A DNA stretch of 32,000 bases, taken from positions 1,140,001 through 1,172,000 of the forward strand of contig OZ245049.1 of NCBI GenBank assembly GCA_965224465.1. Direction: 5' to 3'. Both the position numbers and the translations under genes were made by a program. The DNA comes from Flavobacteriaceae bacterium (GTDB lineage Bacteria; Bacteroidota; Bacteroidia; Flavobacteriales; Flavobacteriaceae). How positions within the stretch are numbered: position 1 is the stretch's first letter; each line of letters starts with the position of its first letter. The notes below the pieces were generated by a model. That model was given only the letters and a program-made list of their open reading frames with translations, was not told the DNA's origin and ran no database searches. This document shows, piece by piece, positions 17,249-25,998 of this stretch.

Positions 17249-20200
17249 TTATTTCGTTCTATAAGATGCTAACATTTTAATACTGTTTTCTGTAACAATT
17301 TTTGGCTTCTGCATTGCTTCTTCTTCTGACATATTTTGTAATTTAACCTTACGTACATTTATAGGCTGTTGATATCGATGTGCTGTAAATATACTCGTCA
17401 TATATCTTGTATTATTGTTCACTTTATTATGTAATTGTGCGTTGGTAAATACGTAGCGTTTGTTATGATTAAAATCAGAAGGAGTATACTCATCATCTTG
17501 TACACGAACTCTAAAGGTAAACAATACTTCGCCATCAGGATAATCCATATACCTCCAATAAAACAGATCAGGTAAACCGAAACTAACAATACAATTAGGA
17601 GTCATTTTATCCGCATCAAAAAGGAAGCTCTTTTCAGGAAAACTAGATATAAATGTAGTGATTTCGAAACGTCTTCCTTTTTTTAATGGAGCTTTAATAC
17701 CAAAGGGATAAAACCATGCTTTAATATCTAAATCATAAAATTCACTAATATTTTGAACAGAATATATAGAGGCTCTAAAACGATTGGTACTTACATTATG
17801 TATGTCAAATCCTTTTATAGGCGCAACATAACCAGCATTAGGTTCTGGTTCAAGAACAACTAAACTAGGAATGGCTATGTCTAAGAAAGCTGTATATGCT
17901 TTTTCAAAATTACTAAAACTCGTATATTCTTTAGCTTGTGCGCTTACAAACCATGGATTGATAACTGTTGCGGTACTGTGAGACACCAAGCGATTGATAT
18001 AATCATGTGGTAATTCCGTATCTTTAGGAGGCAATGCATAATCACTTAATGGAAAATTCTTAAAATAGCCTTCGAGTTGGGTGTCAACAAAATATTTTTG
18101 AGCCAAATAGTAACAGCCTAACAAAGCCCCTCCAAGAAGTGCTGCTGGCCAAAAACCAAGAGCAAATACTGCTACGCCTCCACCAATTAAAGCAGTAACA
18201 TCTGCAAATAAGAAAACAGCGCCTATTCCCGCAGCCATTCCGAACAAGGCTGCAGCATCGTTATCGCGCACAGAAAAACTCCGATAGCTATCTCTAGAGG
18301 CAGTAAAAACGGTAATGGCAGAACTTACTATTTTAAGTTTTGCTATATTTTTAGAAAAATCATCCATGCTACTACGAAAAATTTCACCTACAAATCCTTT
18401 TTTTGCTAGATGATTCTCATACAAATTCATTTTTTCAATTAAAGACATACTTGCCGCTCCCAATTGAACACTAGCAAACCCGAATTTTTCAAACCCTCTA
18501 TAAGAAGGGTCTTTTAAAAAACTATTAACAGCTTTAGACAACACAAACACCTCAATTAAAACAACAAGTCCTCCGAAAGCGTTTGATTTTAGAACTTTTT
18601 CTGCTTCTCCTTTAAAACGTTTTGGAAGGTTTCCTTTTAAATTTACTTCAAGTTTTTTGTTTTTGATAAGTGCTTCAGCACTTTGTTTAGTCATTTTTGT
18701 ATACTCAAGGTGCCAGTATTTTTTATATTTATGTAATGTCGCTTTTTCCCCATTAATTTCAAAACGCAAATTGCGGTTATTGATTTTAGTTTCAAATTCT
18801 TCTAGTGCTTTAAATTTAAAGGTAGCTACACGTGTGTTTTTATCTCTAAAATAAGATATTTTACTTTTTACAGGTATGGGAAGTTTTTTTTGCTTTAGCT
18901 TAATAAAAGCACCTATATAGCTATCATGATTTGCATAAGCCTTTATGATTCTTTCAATAACTCCTACTGTTTTATTTATTATACTCAAAACAAACATATC
19001 CTGTATGTCGATCTTATAATCTAATATTTTGGTGGATTTATTAAAAACACTTGGATTTTCGTTGTATAAAGTTTCGTTTATATGGATGTACCAGGGATCC
19101 TTTTTAGGCTCATAGACATTTGTTAAATCTAAATGACGGTCATACATATTAGGATAACTGCCTAAAGCAATGAAATGTACTGCTATAACACCTTTGGCAT
19201 CTTCAATCCTATCGGGAATACTATTCATATAATCATCCGTTGCATCTTGATAATAGTCGGACTTCAAAAAAGTTCCCAAATCATCTCTATACGTATTAAT
19301 TACCTTGCGTTGCACCTTGCGTTCTTCTACGCCTAATATTTTTTCTAGTTTTATTTTTTCGACACCTTTTTGTTCGGTAAATGGTCGAAATACGCCCCCT
19401 ACTGTAAAATCTAAAACACGGTTGGCAACGGTGTTTTTTATTACATCTGAATTGTATTTTTCACTATTATCATGGTTGTTGTACACAAAATCATACGTAA
19501 GTTGCGCCAATCTATGTAAATATTGAATTTGTCTGGATTTTTCAGTATCGGATTTTGGTAATTGCTCCCCTTTTTGAAGCATAGAAAGTATCTCCACGGT
19601 AGACTTCCCTGTTTGTAAACTTGCCATCATCGCTTTAAGTCTCAAAATTTCACTGTCAATACCTACACATATTTCATTGGCACAGCCAATAGGGTCATCC
19701 AGTATAATAAACATATCTTCTAACAAGATATTCCCACCTAGCTTATCTTGTCTCTTTTCGTCGTCAGCAATTCTCGTAAGTATCTCACGGTATTTATACG
19801 CCATAGGATTCCTATCACTTACAACTATAGGTGTATTATTATAATGCGAAACTGACATATTATTTGTTTCTCCATCTTTAGGGATTCCTTTACAGAGTAC
19901 TTTTACCTTACAACGTTGACCCCTTTTTTCTTTGCTATCTAAAAGCTCTTTTACATAATTTGCCTTCCATTGTACAGGAGAAAAAGCAAAGCAATAGGTT
20001 TGGTTATTCCGATCAAGTATTTTATACATAATACCAAGATCGAAAGTGGTCCGAACATCTAAATAGCTACCGTCTTTTTTGTTTTTACTCCAAAGTATTT
20101 CATGTAACAATCCAAAATCATCGACCCTAAATTCCTTAAAATCATCATGAGGTGTTTGATCATTTATCATATAAACATAGCCTGCTCTTAAAGGAGTTTT

Positions 20201-20599
20201 CGATACCGAAAAATTTTCATTAGCTGGAATTTCTGAATCCATAATCACAGCATTCAGTTGTACAAAAGGTATAAAATCCTGATTTTTTAGTTCAGACTCA
20301 GAAGGTTTTTCGTTGATAACCTTCCCAACAGTTGCTTTTTTTTCTTCATTAAAAAAAATAGCTTTAAAATATGCGGCACTATCAGGTGATGAATAACTAG
20401 TTGTTGGCACAGAATAATCAGAACAAACATCAAAAAGTCCATACCGTAAAAAATGAAGTTTTATCCCTCTTTTTTCTATATCCAATGTAGGCATTTCGTT
20501 GCATACAACATTTTTATATGCAGCTGTAAATGAGAGCTGTGTAATTATTTGTTTGAATTCTTTTTCTTGATTTTTTTCAAGTGTTATATTTTCTTTCAT
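17249..20599 (-). CDS. Large protein without a signal peptide, with a C-proximal glycine-zipper TM cluster. Putative membrane-disrupting polymorphic toxin or T6SS-type effector (VasX-N-like motifs).
   Basis: 1116 aa with no N-terminal signal peptide. Residues ~105-320 carry IPFVQLN, PLRAGYVYMI, FAFSPVQW and FIILDDPIGCANEI, which I recall as the motif order of VasX-type effector N-terminal regions. Residues ~673-835 hold several hydrophobic helices, including AALFGMAAGIGAVFLFADVTALIGGGVAVFALGFWPAALLGGALLGCYYLA. The gene is translationally coupled to the downstream two-TM gene. Function is inferred, not demonstrated. Confidence 0.6.
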   Translation of the reverse strand: MKENITLEKNQEKEFKQIITQLSFTAAYKNVVCNEMPTLDIEKRGIKLHFLRYGLFDVCSDYSVPTTSYSSPDSAAYFKAIFFNEEKKATVGKVINEKPSESELKNQDFIPFVQLNAVIMDSEIPANENFSVSKTPLRAGYVYMINDQTPHDDFKEFRVDDFGLLHEILWSKNKKDGSYLDVRTTFDLGIMYKILDRNNQTYCFAFSPVQWKANYVKELLDSKEKRGQRCKVKVLCKGIPKDGETNNMSVSHYNNTPIVVSDRNPMAYKYREILTRIADDEKRQDKLGGNILLEDMFIILDDPIGCANEICVGIDSEILRLKAMMASLQTGKSTVEILSMLQKGEQLPKSDTEKSRQIQYLHRLAQLTYDFVYNNHDNSEKYNSDVIKNTVANRVLDFTVGGVFRPFTEQKGVEKIKLEKILGVEERKVQRKVINTYRDDLGTFLKSDYYQDATDDYMNSIPDRIEDAKGVIAVHFIALGSYPNMYDRHLDLTNVYEPKKDPWYIHINETLYNENPSVFNKSTKILDYKIDIQDMFVLSIINKTVGVIERIIKAYANHDSYIGAFIKLKQKKLPIPVKSKISYFRDKNTRVATFKFKALEEFETKINNRNLRFEINGEKATLHKYKKYWHLEYTKMTKQSAEALIKNKKLEVNLKGNLPKRFKGEAEKVLKSNAFGGLVVLIEVFVLSKAVNSFLKDPSYRGFEKFGFASVQLGAASMSLIEKMNLYENHLAKKGFVGEIFRSSMDDFSKNIAKLKIVSSAITVFTASRDSYRSFSVRDNDAAALFGMAAGIGAVFLFADVTALIGGGVAVFALGFWPAALLGGALLGCYYLAQKYFVDTQLEGYFKNFPLSDYALPPKDTELPHDYINRLVSHSTATVINPWFVSAQAKEYTSFSNFEKAYTAFLDIAIPSLVVLEPEPNAGYVAPIKGFDIHNVSTNRFRASIYSVQNISEFYDLDIKAWFYPFGIKAPLKKGRRFEITTFISSFPEKSFLFDADKMTPNCIVSFGLPDLFYWRYMDYPDGEVLFTFRVRVQDDEYTPSDFNHNKRYVFTNAQLHNKVNNNTRYMTSIFTAHRYQQPINVRKVKLQNMSEEEAMQKPKIVTENSIKMLASYRTK

Positions 20600-20930
20600 G
20601 GCGTCTTTTTCAAAAATATCAGAGGTAGATACCCCACATTTTTAACGTAAAAAACAATGGTACATCCTATTTTTATCTTCCTAGATATAAGTCTATTTCC
20701 AAGAGAAAAGAACAATTACTATTCCCTTTAGACTTCAAAGATACGTAAGAAAAGTTATATGCCGCTTACAACAAATCGTTTTTTTAATAAATTGTGAAAT
20801 AACATTTATTATAGCATCATACCTCCAATCAATAACCGTTAAATTGACTGGGTATTATCTTAATAATTTTATGACGCCTTTATGCCAATTAAAATCCAAA
20901 ATGACCTATATAAATAGGTTGTTTTACGTG

Positions 20931-21050
20931 CTAGCATAGTTAAAAAACAAAACGACAGCTAACTATCCTTAGATTTTCAGCCTAGCTAGAATAAAAAACA
21001 ATTCTATTTCTAAACCGTCACTTGGAAATGTTTTTGACATTAGCAATACT
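20931..21050. repeat. Right copy (R2) of the imperfect direct repeat of about 120 bp bracketing the island
   Basis: Same orientation and shared blocks as 9773..9893. Lies between the lon terminator and the upstream region of the large ORF. Confidence 0.6.
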
Positions 21051-21064
21051 TTTAAAATCAGCTC

Positions 21065-21113
21065 AAAAAAAAAACAAAAAAAGAGCGAAAAAACACATCA
21101 TGTCTTTCCGCTC
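21065..21113 (-). terminator. Probable intrinsic terminator of lon
   Basis: On the minus strand, a bulged stem gagcg-g-aaa ... ttt-cgctc is followed by a long T-run (tttttttgtttttttttt), about 35 nt after the lon stop. Confidence 0.5.
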
Positions 21114-21145
21114 CTTTATGGCTTTTTGCTTAAAGCTATTTCCTA

Positions 21146-23623
21146 TTACACCTCAAATTTAATAGGATTTTTTACTTTTTGTTTGGTCAAAGCTAAATCA
21201 ATTACTTCTTTCATATCAGAAACATAGCTGAATTTCAATCCTTTTAGGTAACTAGCTTTAATTTCTTCAACATCTTTTTTGTTCTCAATAGACAAAATCA
21301 ATTCTTTAATATTGGCTCTTTTTGCAGCTAATATTTTTTCTTTGACTCCTCCTACTGGCAATACTTTACCTCTTAATGTAATTTCACCAGTCATAGCCAT
21401 TTTTGATTTCACTTTTCGCTGAGTTAACACAGAAACCAACGATGTTAACATAGTAATACCAGCACTAGGCCCATCTTTTGGAGTCGCACCTTCTGGCACG
21501 TGAATATGAACTTTATAGGCATCTAATACTTTCTGGTCAACACCAAAATCTGCTGCATGTGCCTTGATGTATTCCATGGCAATAGTTGCTGATTCCTTCA
21601 TCACCTTTCCTAGATTCCCTGTAATGGTCAAGCCTTTTCCTTTAGAGATGATAGACTCTATAAATAAAATATCTCCACCTACACTTGTCCATGCCAAACC
21701 TGTTACAACACCCGCTACATCATTGTTTTCGTATTTGTCACGTTCTAAATGAGACGGTCCTAATACTTTCTCGATAATTTCTATCGTTATATTGGTTTCA
21801 TATTCTTCATCCAAAGCAATCGACTTGGCTGCAAAACGAACCATCTTGGCCAATTGTTTTTCCAATCCACGCACTCCAGATTCACGAGTATAAGCTACTA
21901 CAATTTTCTCGATGGATTTTATATCCATTTGAATATACTTCTTGGTTAAACCATGGTCTTTAATTTGTTTTGGCAATAAATGACGTTTGGCTATTTCAAT
22001 TTTTTCTTCTATCGTATAGCCCGACACATTGATAATCTCCATACGATCTCTCAATGCCCAAGGAATTGTAGATAAACTATTGGCAGTAGCAATAAATAAG
22101 ACTTTAGATAAATCGTAGTCCAACTCTAAATAATTATCGTAAAAAGAGGCGTTTTGTTCTGGATCCAATACTTCTAACATTGCAGATGAAGGATCTCCAT
22201 TATGACTTGAAGATGCCAATTTATCTATCTCATCCAATACATATACAGGATTAGAAGTTCCTACTTTTTTCAAGTCCTTAATAATACGACCTGGCATAGC
22301 ACCAATATATGTTTTCCTATGACCACGAATTTCAGCTTCGTCGCGTAATCCTCCAAGAGACATACGTACATATTTACGACCAATAGCTTCTGCAATAGAT
22401 TTACCCAAACTTGTCTTCCCAACCCCTGGAGGTCCGTACAAACACAAAATTGGTGATTTCATATCTCCTTTCAGTTTTAAAACCGCCAAGTGTTCGATGA
22501 TACGTTCCTTGACCTTGTCCAAACCAAAATGATCTCTATCTAGTATTTTCTGAGCTCTTTTCAAGTCAAAAACATCCTTCGTGTACTCATTCCATGGCAA
22601 TTCCAACAACAAATCTAAATAATTTCGTTGCACCGAATATTCTGCCATTTGTGGATTCATACGTTGCAAACGACCGAGTTCCTTTTCAAAGGTTTCTTTT
22701 ACATCCTTATTCCATTTTTTAGCCTTGGCTTTTACACGCATTTCGTCCAATTCTTCATCATACGAAACACCTCCCAATTCTTCCTGAATGGTTTTTAACT
22801 GCTGATGTAAATAATACTCACGTTGCTGTTGGTCCATATCCACTCTTGTTTTGGATTGGATATCATTTTTTAACTGCAGGCGTTGTAATTCAGCATCCAT
22901 TTTTTGTAAGGTCACCAAAGCACGTTCTTTCAAATTGTTAATTTCTAACAATTCTTGTTTTTCCTTCACAGGTAAATTCATGTTTGCTGACACAAAATTA
23001 ATCAAGAAAGGTTTGCTTTCTATATTGCGTATCGCAAAAGTAGCTTCTGATGGTAGGTTCGGATTTTCTTTAACAATACGTGTCGCCAATTCTTTAATAG
23101 AATCAATAATCGCATCAAACTCTTTTTCATTTTCCTCAGACCTGTCTTCAATAATCTCTTTGGTTGTGGCCTTCATAAAAGGTTCGTCTTGAATCATACT
23201 TTCAATTTCAAAACGTTTTTTACCTTGAATGATAACCGTAGTATTTCCATCAGGCATTTTCAATACCTTCAAAATACTTGCAACAGTCCCCGTTTTATAA
23301 ATATCATTTTCAGTAGGATCCTCTATTTCTTCATCCATTTGGGCTACCACACCTATAATTTTATTTCCTTTGCTGGCTTGTTTAATCAACTCAATGGATT
23401 TATCACGCCCAGCAGTAATTGGAATTACAACCCCTGGAAAAAGTACAGTATTTCGCAAAGGCAAAATAGGTAAAGTGTCAGGAACATCCTCTTTATTTAT
23501 CTCCTCTTCGTCCTCGGGAGTCATTAAAGGAATTAATTCTGCGTCTTCATCCATCATACTATGCAATGACAGATTGTCAAACTTTAAAAACTTAGATCTA
23601 CTCATATATATATTTTCAGTCAC
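21146..23623 (-). CDS. lon: ATP-dependent Lon protease (LonA)
   Basis: 825 aa. Lon N-terminal domain ([19 protein letters not shown]), AAA+ Walker [10 protein letters not shown], Walker [10 protein letters not shown] and a protease domain with catalytic Ser in PKDGPSAGI. The exact start among N-terminal Met codons is uncertain. Confidence 0.97.
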   Translation of the reverse strand: MTENIYMSRSKFLKFDNLSLHSMMDEDAELIPLMTPEDEEEINKEDVPDTLPILPLRNTVLFPGVVIPITAGRDKSIELIKQASKGNKIIGVVAQMDEEIEDPTENDIYKTGTVASILKVLKMPDGNTTVIIQGKKRFEIESMIQDEPFMKATTKEIIEDRSEENEKEFDAIIDSIKELATRIVKENPNLPSEATFAIRNIESKPFLINFVSANMNLPVKEKQELLEINNLKERALVTLQKMDAELQRLQLKNDIQSKTRVDMDQQQREYYLHQQLKTIQEELGGVSYDEELDEMRVKAKAKKWNKDVKETFEKELGRLQRMNPQMAEYSVQRNYLDLLLELPWNEYTKDVFDLKRAQKILDRDHFGLDKVKERIIEHLAVLKLKGDMKSPILCLYGPPGVGKTSLGKSIAEAIGRKYVRMSLGGLRDEAEIRGHRKTYIGAMPGRIIKDLKKVGTSNPVYVLDEIDKLASSSHNGDPSSAMLEVLDPEQNASFYDNYLELDYDLSKVLFIATANSLSTIPWALRDRMEIINVSGYTIEEKIEIAKRHLLPKQIKDHGLTKKYIQMDIKSIEKIVVAYTRESGVRGLEKQLAKMVRFAAKSIALDEEYETNITIEIIEKVLGPSHLERDKYENNDVAGVVTGLAWTSVGGDILFIESIISKGKGLTITGNLGKVMKESATIAMEYIKAHAADFGVDQKVLDAYKVHIHVPEGATPKDGPSAGITMLTSLVSVLTQRKVKSKMAMTGEITLRGKVLPVGGVKEKILAAKRANIKELILSIENKKDVEEIKASYLKGLKFSYVSDMKEVIDLALTKQKVKNPIKFEV

Positions 23624-23813
23624 TTTGTCATTAAAACAGTGTTACAAAAACCCGCACTAACCTAAAGAAACATTCTTATTAATTGTTAATCAAGACACTA
23701 GCTAAATACACTTATATCTTCCTATTGCTAAAACCCAATAGTTATGCCATAATTAAAATGACCAACTTATAATTTTTCAGTAATTTTAACAAATAACTGT
23801 CACAATTCTCAAC

Positions 23814-24380
23814 TTGCTTTGTATTTATACTATAACTCACTATTTGGAAACAGAAGTTTTACATAAAACACCACTCATAAAAAGATGCCTGCAAGGTGAT
23901 GCTAGTGCAGAGTTCGAACTGTACAAACAGTATTACAAAGCAATGTACAATACGGCATTACGTATCTTAAACGATCGTTTTGAAGCTGAAGATATAATGC
24001 AGGATTCATTTTTAGCTGCTTTTACAAAACTAAATAGCTATCGTGGAACTGTTAGTTTTGGAGCTTGGTTAAAGCGCATTGTAATTAACAAAAGTTTAAC
24101 CGCTTTAAAGAAAAACACTCGTTTTGAAATAGTCCCGATTGAACATGTACAACAAACCTATAGTGAAGCAGCACCAAGCGATTACCAAGACCTACAACCA
24201 GCAAAGGTTTTGGAAGCTATGCAACAGTTAAAACCAAGCTATAAAATTGCATTAACCTTACATTTAATTGAAGGGTATGACCTTAAAGAAATAGCACAAA
24301 TTATGGATATTTCTTACGAAAATAGCCGCACTATAATTTCGAGAGGAAAAAACAAATTACGAACCCTATTATCATCATAA
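23814..24380 (+). CDS. ECF-type RNA polymerase sigma-70 family factor
   Basis: Region 2 (EDIMQDSFLAAF, AWLKRIVINKSL) and region 4 HTH (EGYDLKEIAQIMDISYENSRTIISRGKNKLR). There is no ATG near the 5' end. The start is either TTG at 23814 or the in-frame TTG at 23844. Confidence 0.85.
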   Translation: MLCIYTITHYLETEVLHKTPLIKRCLQGDASAEFELYKQYYKAMYNTALRILNDRFEAEDIMQDSFLAAFTKLNSYRGTVSFGAWLKRIVINKSLTALKKNTRFEIVPIEHVQQTYSEAAPSDYQDLQPAKVLEAMQQLKPSYKIALTLHLIEGYDLKEIAQIMDISYENSRTIISRGKNKLRTLLSS

Positions 24381-24382
24381 AT

Positions 24383-24925
24383 ATGAACCAAGATATAGAC
24401 AAACTTTTTGATCATTTAAAGGGCACATTTGATATGGAAGAACCAACAATAGGGCATTTCCATCGATTTGAACAAAAATTATCAAAAAAACCGATACGAA
24501 AAAGAAACAAAAACTGGATGCCATTTCTATCCATCGCTGCAATGGTATTGGTAATGGTGGGGATTTGGATAGGAATGGAATACAAGCAAGCTGCTCAAGG
24601 ACTAGAGTTGGCTACTGTATCTCCGAAAATGAATGAAACACAAGATTATTTTATCGCTGTAATTAAACGCGAAATTGAAACTATTGGAGGACATAGAAAC
24701 CCAGAAACCAATAAATTAATAGATGATTCGTTCCTTCAATTGACAAAATTAGAAACACAATACAAGCACTTAAAATTAGAACTAGGAGCAAGTTCACAGG
24801 ATAAACGCATTATTTTTGCGATGGTTCGTAATTTCCAACTACGCATACAAGTACTAGAAAATGTATTGCAACAGCTCCAACAACAACAAAATTTTAAAAA
24901 CACCTCCTATGAAAAAACTATATAA
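24383..24925 (+). CDS. Putative anti-sigma factor (single-pass membrane protein)
   Basis: 180 aa. The ATG is 2 nt after the sigma factor stop. One central TM helix (WMPFLSIAAMVLVMVGIWIGM). The call rests on its position after an ECF sigma gene, with no recognised domain. Confidence 0.55.
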   Translation: MNQDIDKLFDHLKGTFDMEEPTIGHFHRFEQKLSKKPIRKRNKNWMPFLSIAAMVLVMVGIWIGMEYKQAAQGLELATVSPKMNETQDYFIAVIKREIETIGGHRNPETNKLIDDSFLQLTKLETQYKHLKLELGASSQDKRIIFAMVRNFQLRIQVLENVLQQLQQQQNFKNTSYEKTI

Positions 24926-25991
24926 ATTAATCATCCTCCTACTCCTTGCTCCTAGCGTGCTATTGGCAAATGAAGACATAGGAAAGTACACCCAGTCTAA
25001 AAAAATACACAAAGAGTTTTCTATTTCTAAAAACGGAAAATTTAAAATCGTTAATAAATATGGAAATATAAACATCCATACATGGAATGAAAACAGGATT
25101 GTTATAGACGTTTATATAGAAACAAATGGAAATAACGAACAGAAAGTATTGGATAAATTAAAACAAATATCTGTTAATTTTGATCATGATATTTCCTATG
25201 TATACGCCAAAACAATCATTGAAAAATCAAATTACAGCAATTGGAGTTTCTTTAAAAGTACTAATAGTATAGGTATGAAAATAAATTACACCATCAAAAT
25301 ACCTATGACCAATACCGTAGAAATACACAATGACTATGGACAAATTACGATTGACAAAATATTAGGTAAAACAAAAATTAATTGTAATTATGGATCCCTT
25401 TTTATTGGAGACCTTCTTAATTCCGAGAATATAATTAATATTGATTACAACGAAAAATCAACCATAGAGTATTTAAAAGGAGGAACAATAAATAGTAATT
25501 ACACCACCCTAGAAATTGAAAAATCCAATAAGCTACGTATAAATGCAGATTATTCTCACATCCAAATCGGAAGTGTAAATCACTTAACATACAACTGTGA
25601 CTACGGCAATTTAAATGTAGAAAATATTGGCTCCATAAAAGGAAATAGCGACTATTTTCATATAAAAATAAAAAACTTAACTGACAATGCTACACTGAGT
25701 AATGAATATGGTTCTATAAAAATCAACAACATCTTAAACGGATTTTCTGAGGTGAAAATTGATAGTGAATACGGAAATATCAAACTAGGTATCTCAGAAA
25801 ACACGCCTTACACTATAAAAGCCAATATAGAATATGGAAGCTTTAAATTTGATCCTAGTAATTTTACTTTTCATAAAAAAAACACCCGAAATAGCAGTAA
25901 ATACTACGAGGGATATTACCTAAAAGAAAACCACAACGCTCGCATAAATCTACAAACAAGCTACGGAAGTGTTACCATTACAAATCACTAA
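24909..25991 (+). CDS. Secreted beta-helix repeat protein (DUF4097-like putative adhesin)
   Basis: Start moved to the internal Met, which gives the signal peptide MKKLYKLIILLLLAPSVLLA. It overlaps the anti-sigma stop by 17 nt. Repeated N.(D/E)YG.I.I motifs occur throughout (NKYGNINI, NDYGQITI, NCNYGSLFI, CDYGNLNV, NEYGSIKI, SEYGNIKL, IEYGSFKF, TSYGSVTI). Confidence 0.6.
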   Translation: MKKLYKLIILLLLAPSVLLANEDIGKYTQSKKIHKEFSISKNGKFKIVNKYGNINIHTWNENRIVIDVYIETNGNNEQKVLDKLKQISVNFDHDISYVYAKTIIEKSNYSNWSFFKSTNSIGMKINYTIKIPMTNTVEIHNDYGQITIDKILGKTKINCNYGSLFIGDLLNSENIINIDYNEKSTIEYLKGGTINSNYTTLEIEKSNKLRINADYSHIQIGSVNHLTYNCDYGNLNVENIGSIKGNSDYFHIKIKNLTDNATLSNEYGSIKINNILNGFSEVKIDSEYGNIKLGISENTPYTIKANIEYGSFKFDPSNFTFHKKNTRNSSKYYEGYYLKENHNARINLQTSYGSVTITNH

Positions 25992-25998
25992 ACTAAAA

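Larger units (their letters stand above)
10681..17316 (-). repeat. Eight-unit tandem repeat with an 835-836 bp period. Each unit holds a fossil of the upstream gene's 3' tail, a 699-bp CDS and about 20 bp of 3' flank.
   Basis: CDS starts fall at 17247, 16412, 15576, 14740, 13904, 13068, 12233 and 11398. The spacers of 136-137 bp are near-identical, and the coding sequence is near-identical outside two cassettes. Confidence 0.95.

Noticed and set aside
20336-20358. Homopolymer runs (A8/T8) occur inside the toxin gene and in every array unit and spacer. These could act as slipped-strand phase-variation switches.
   Set aside because: All coding tracts are in frame in all copies. Such runs are expected in a genome this AT-rich. 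The spacer poly-A length differences simply explain the 835 versus 836 bp period. There is no evidence for on/off switching from a single sequence.
20611-20618. A Bacteroidota -7 promoter box (TAnnTTTG, read as tatttttg on the minus strand) lies upstream of the large ORF.
   Set aside because: It sits only about 11 nt from the ATG, which would leave almost no 5' UTR. The motif is common by chance at this AT content, and I found no convincing -33 TTTG partner. It is not reported as a feature.
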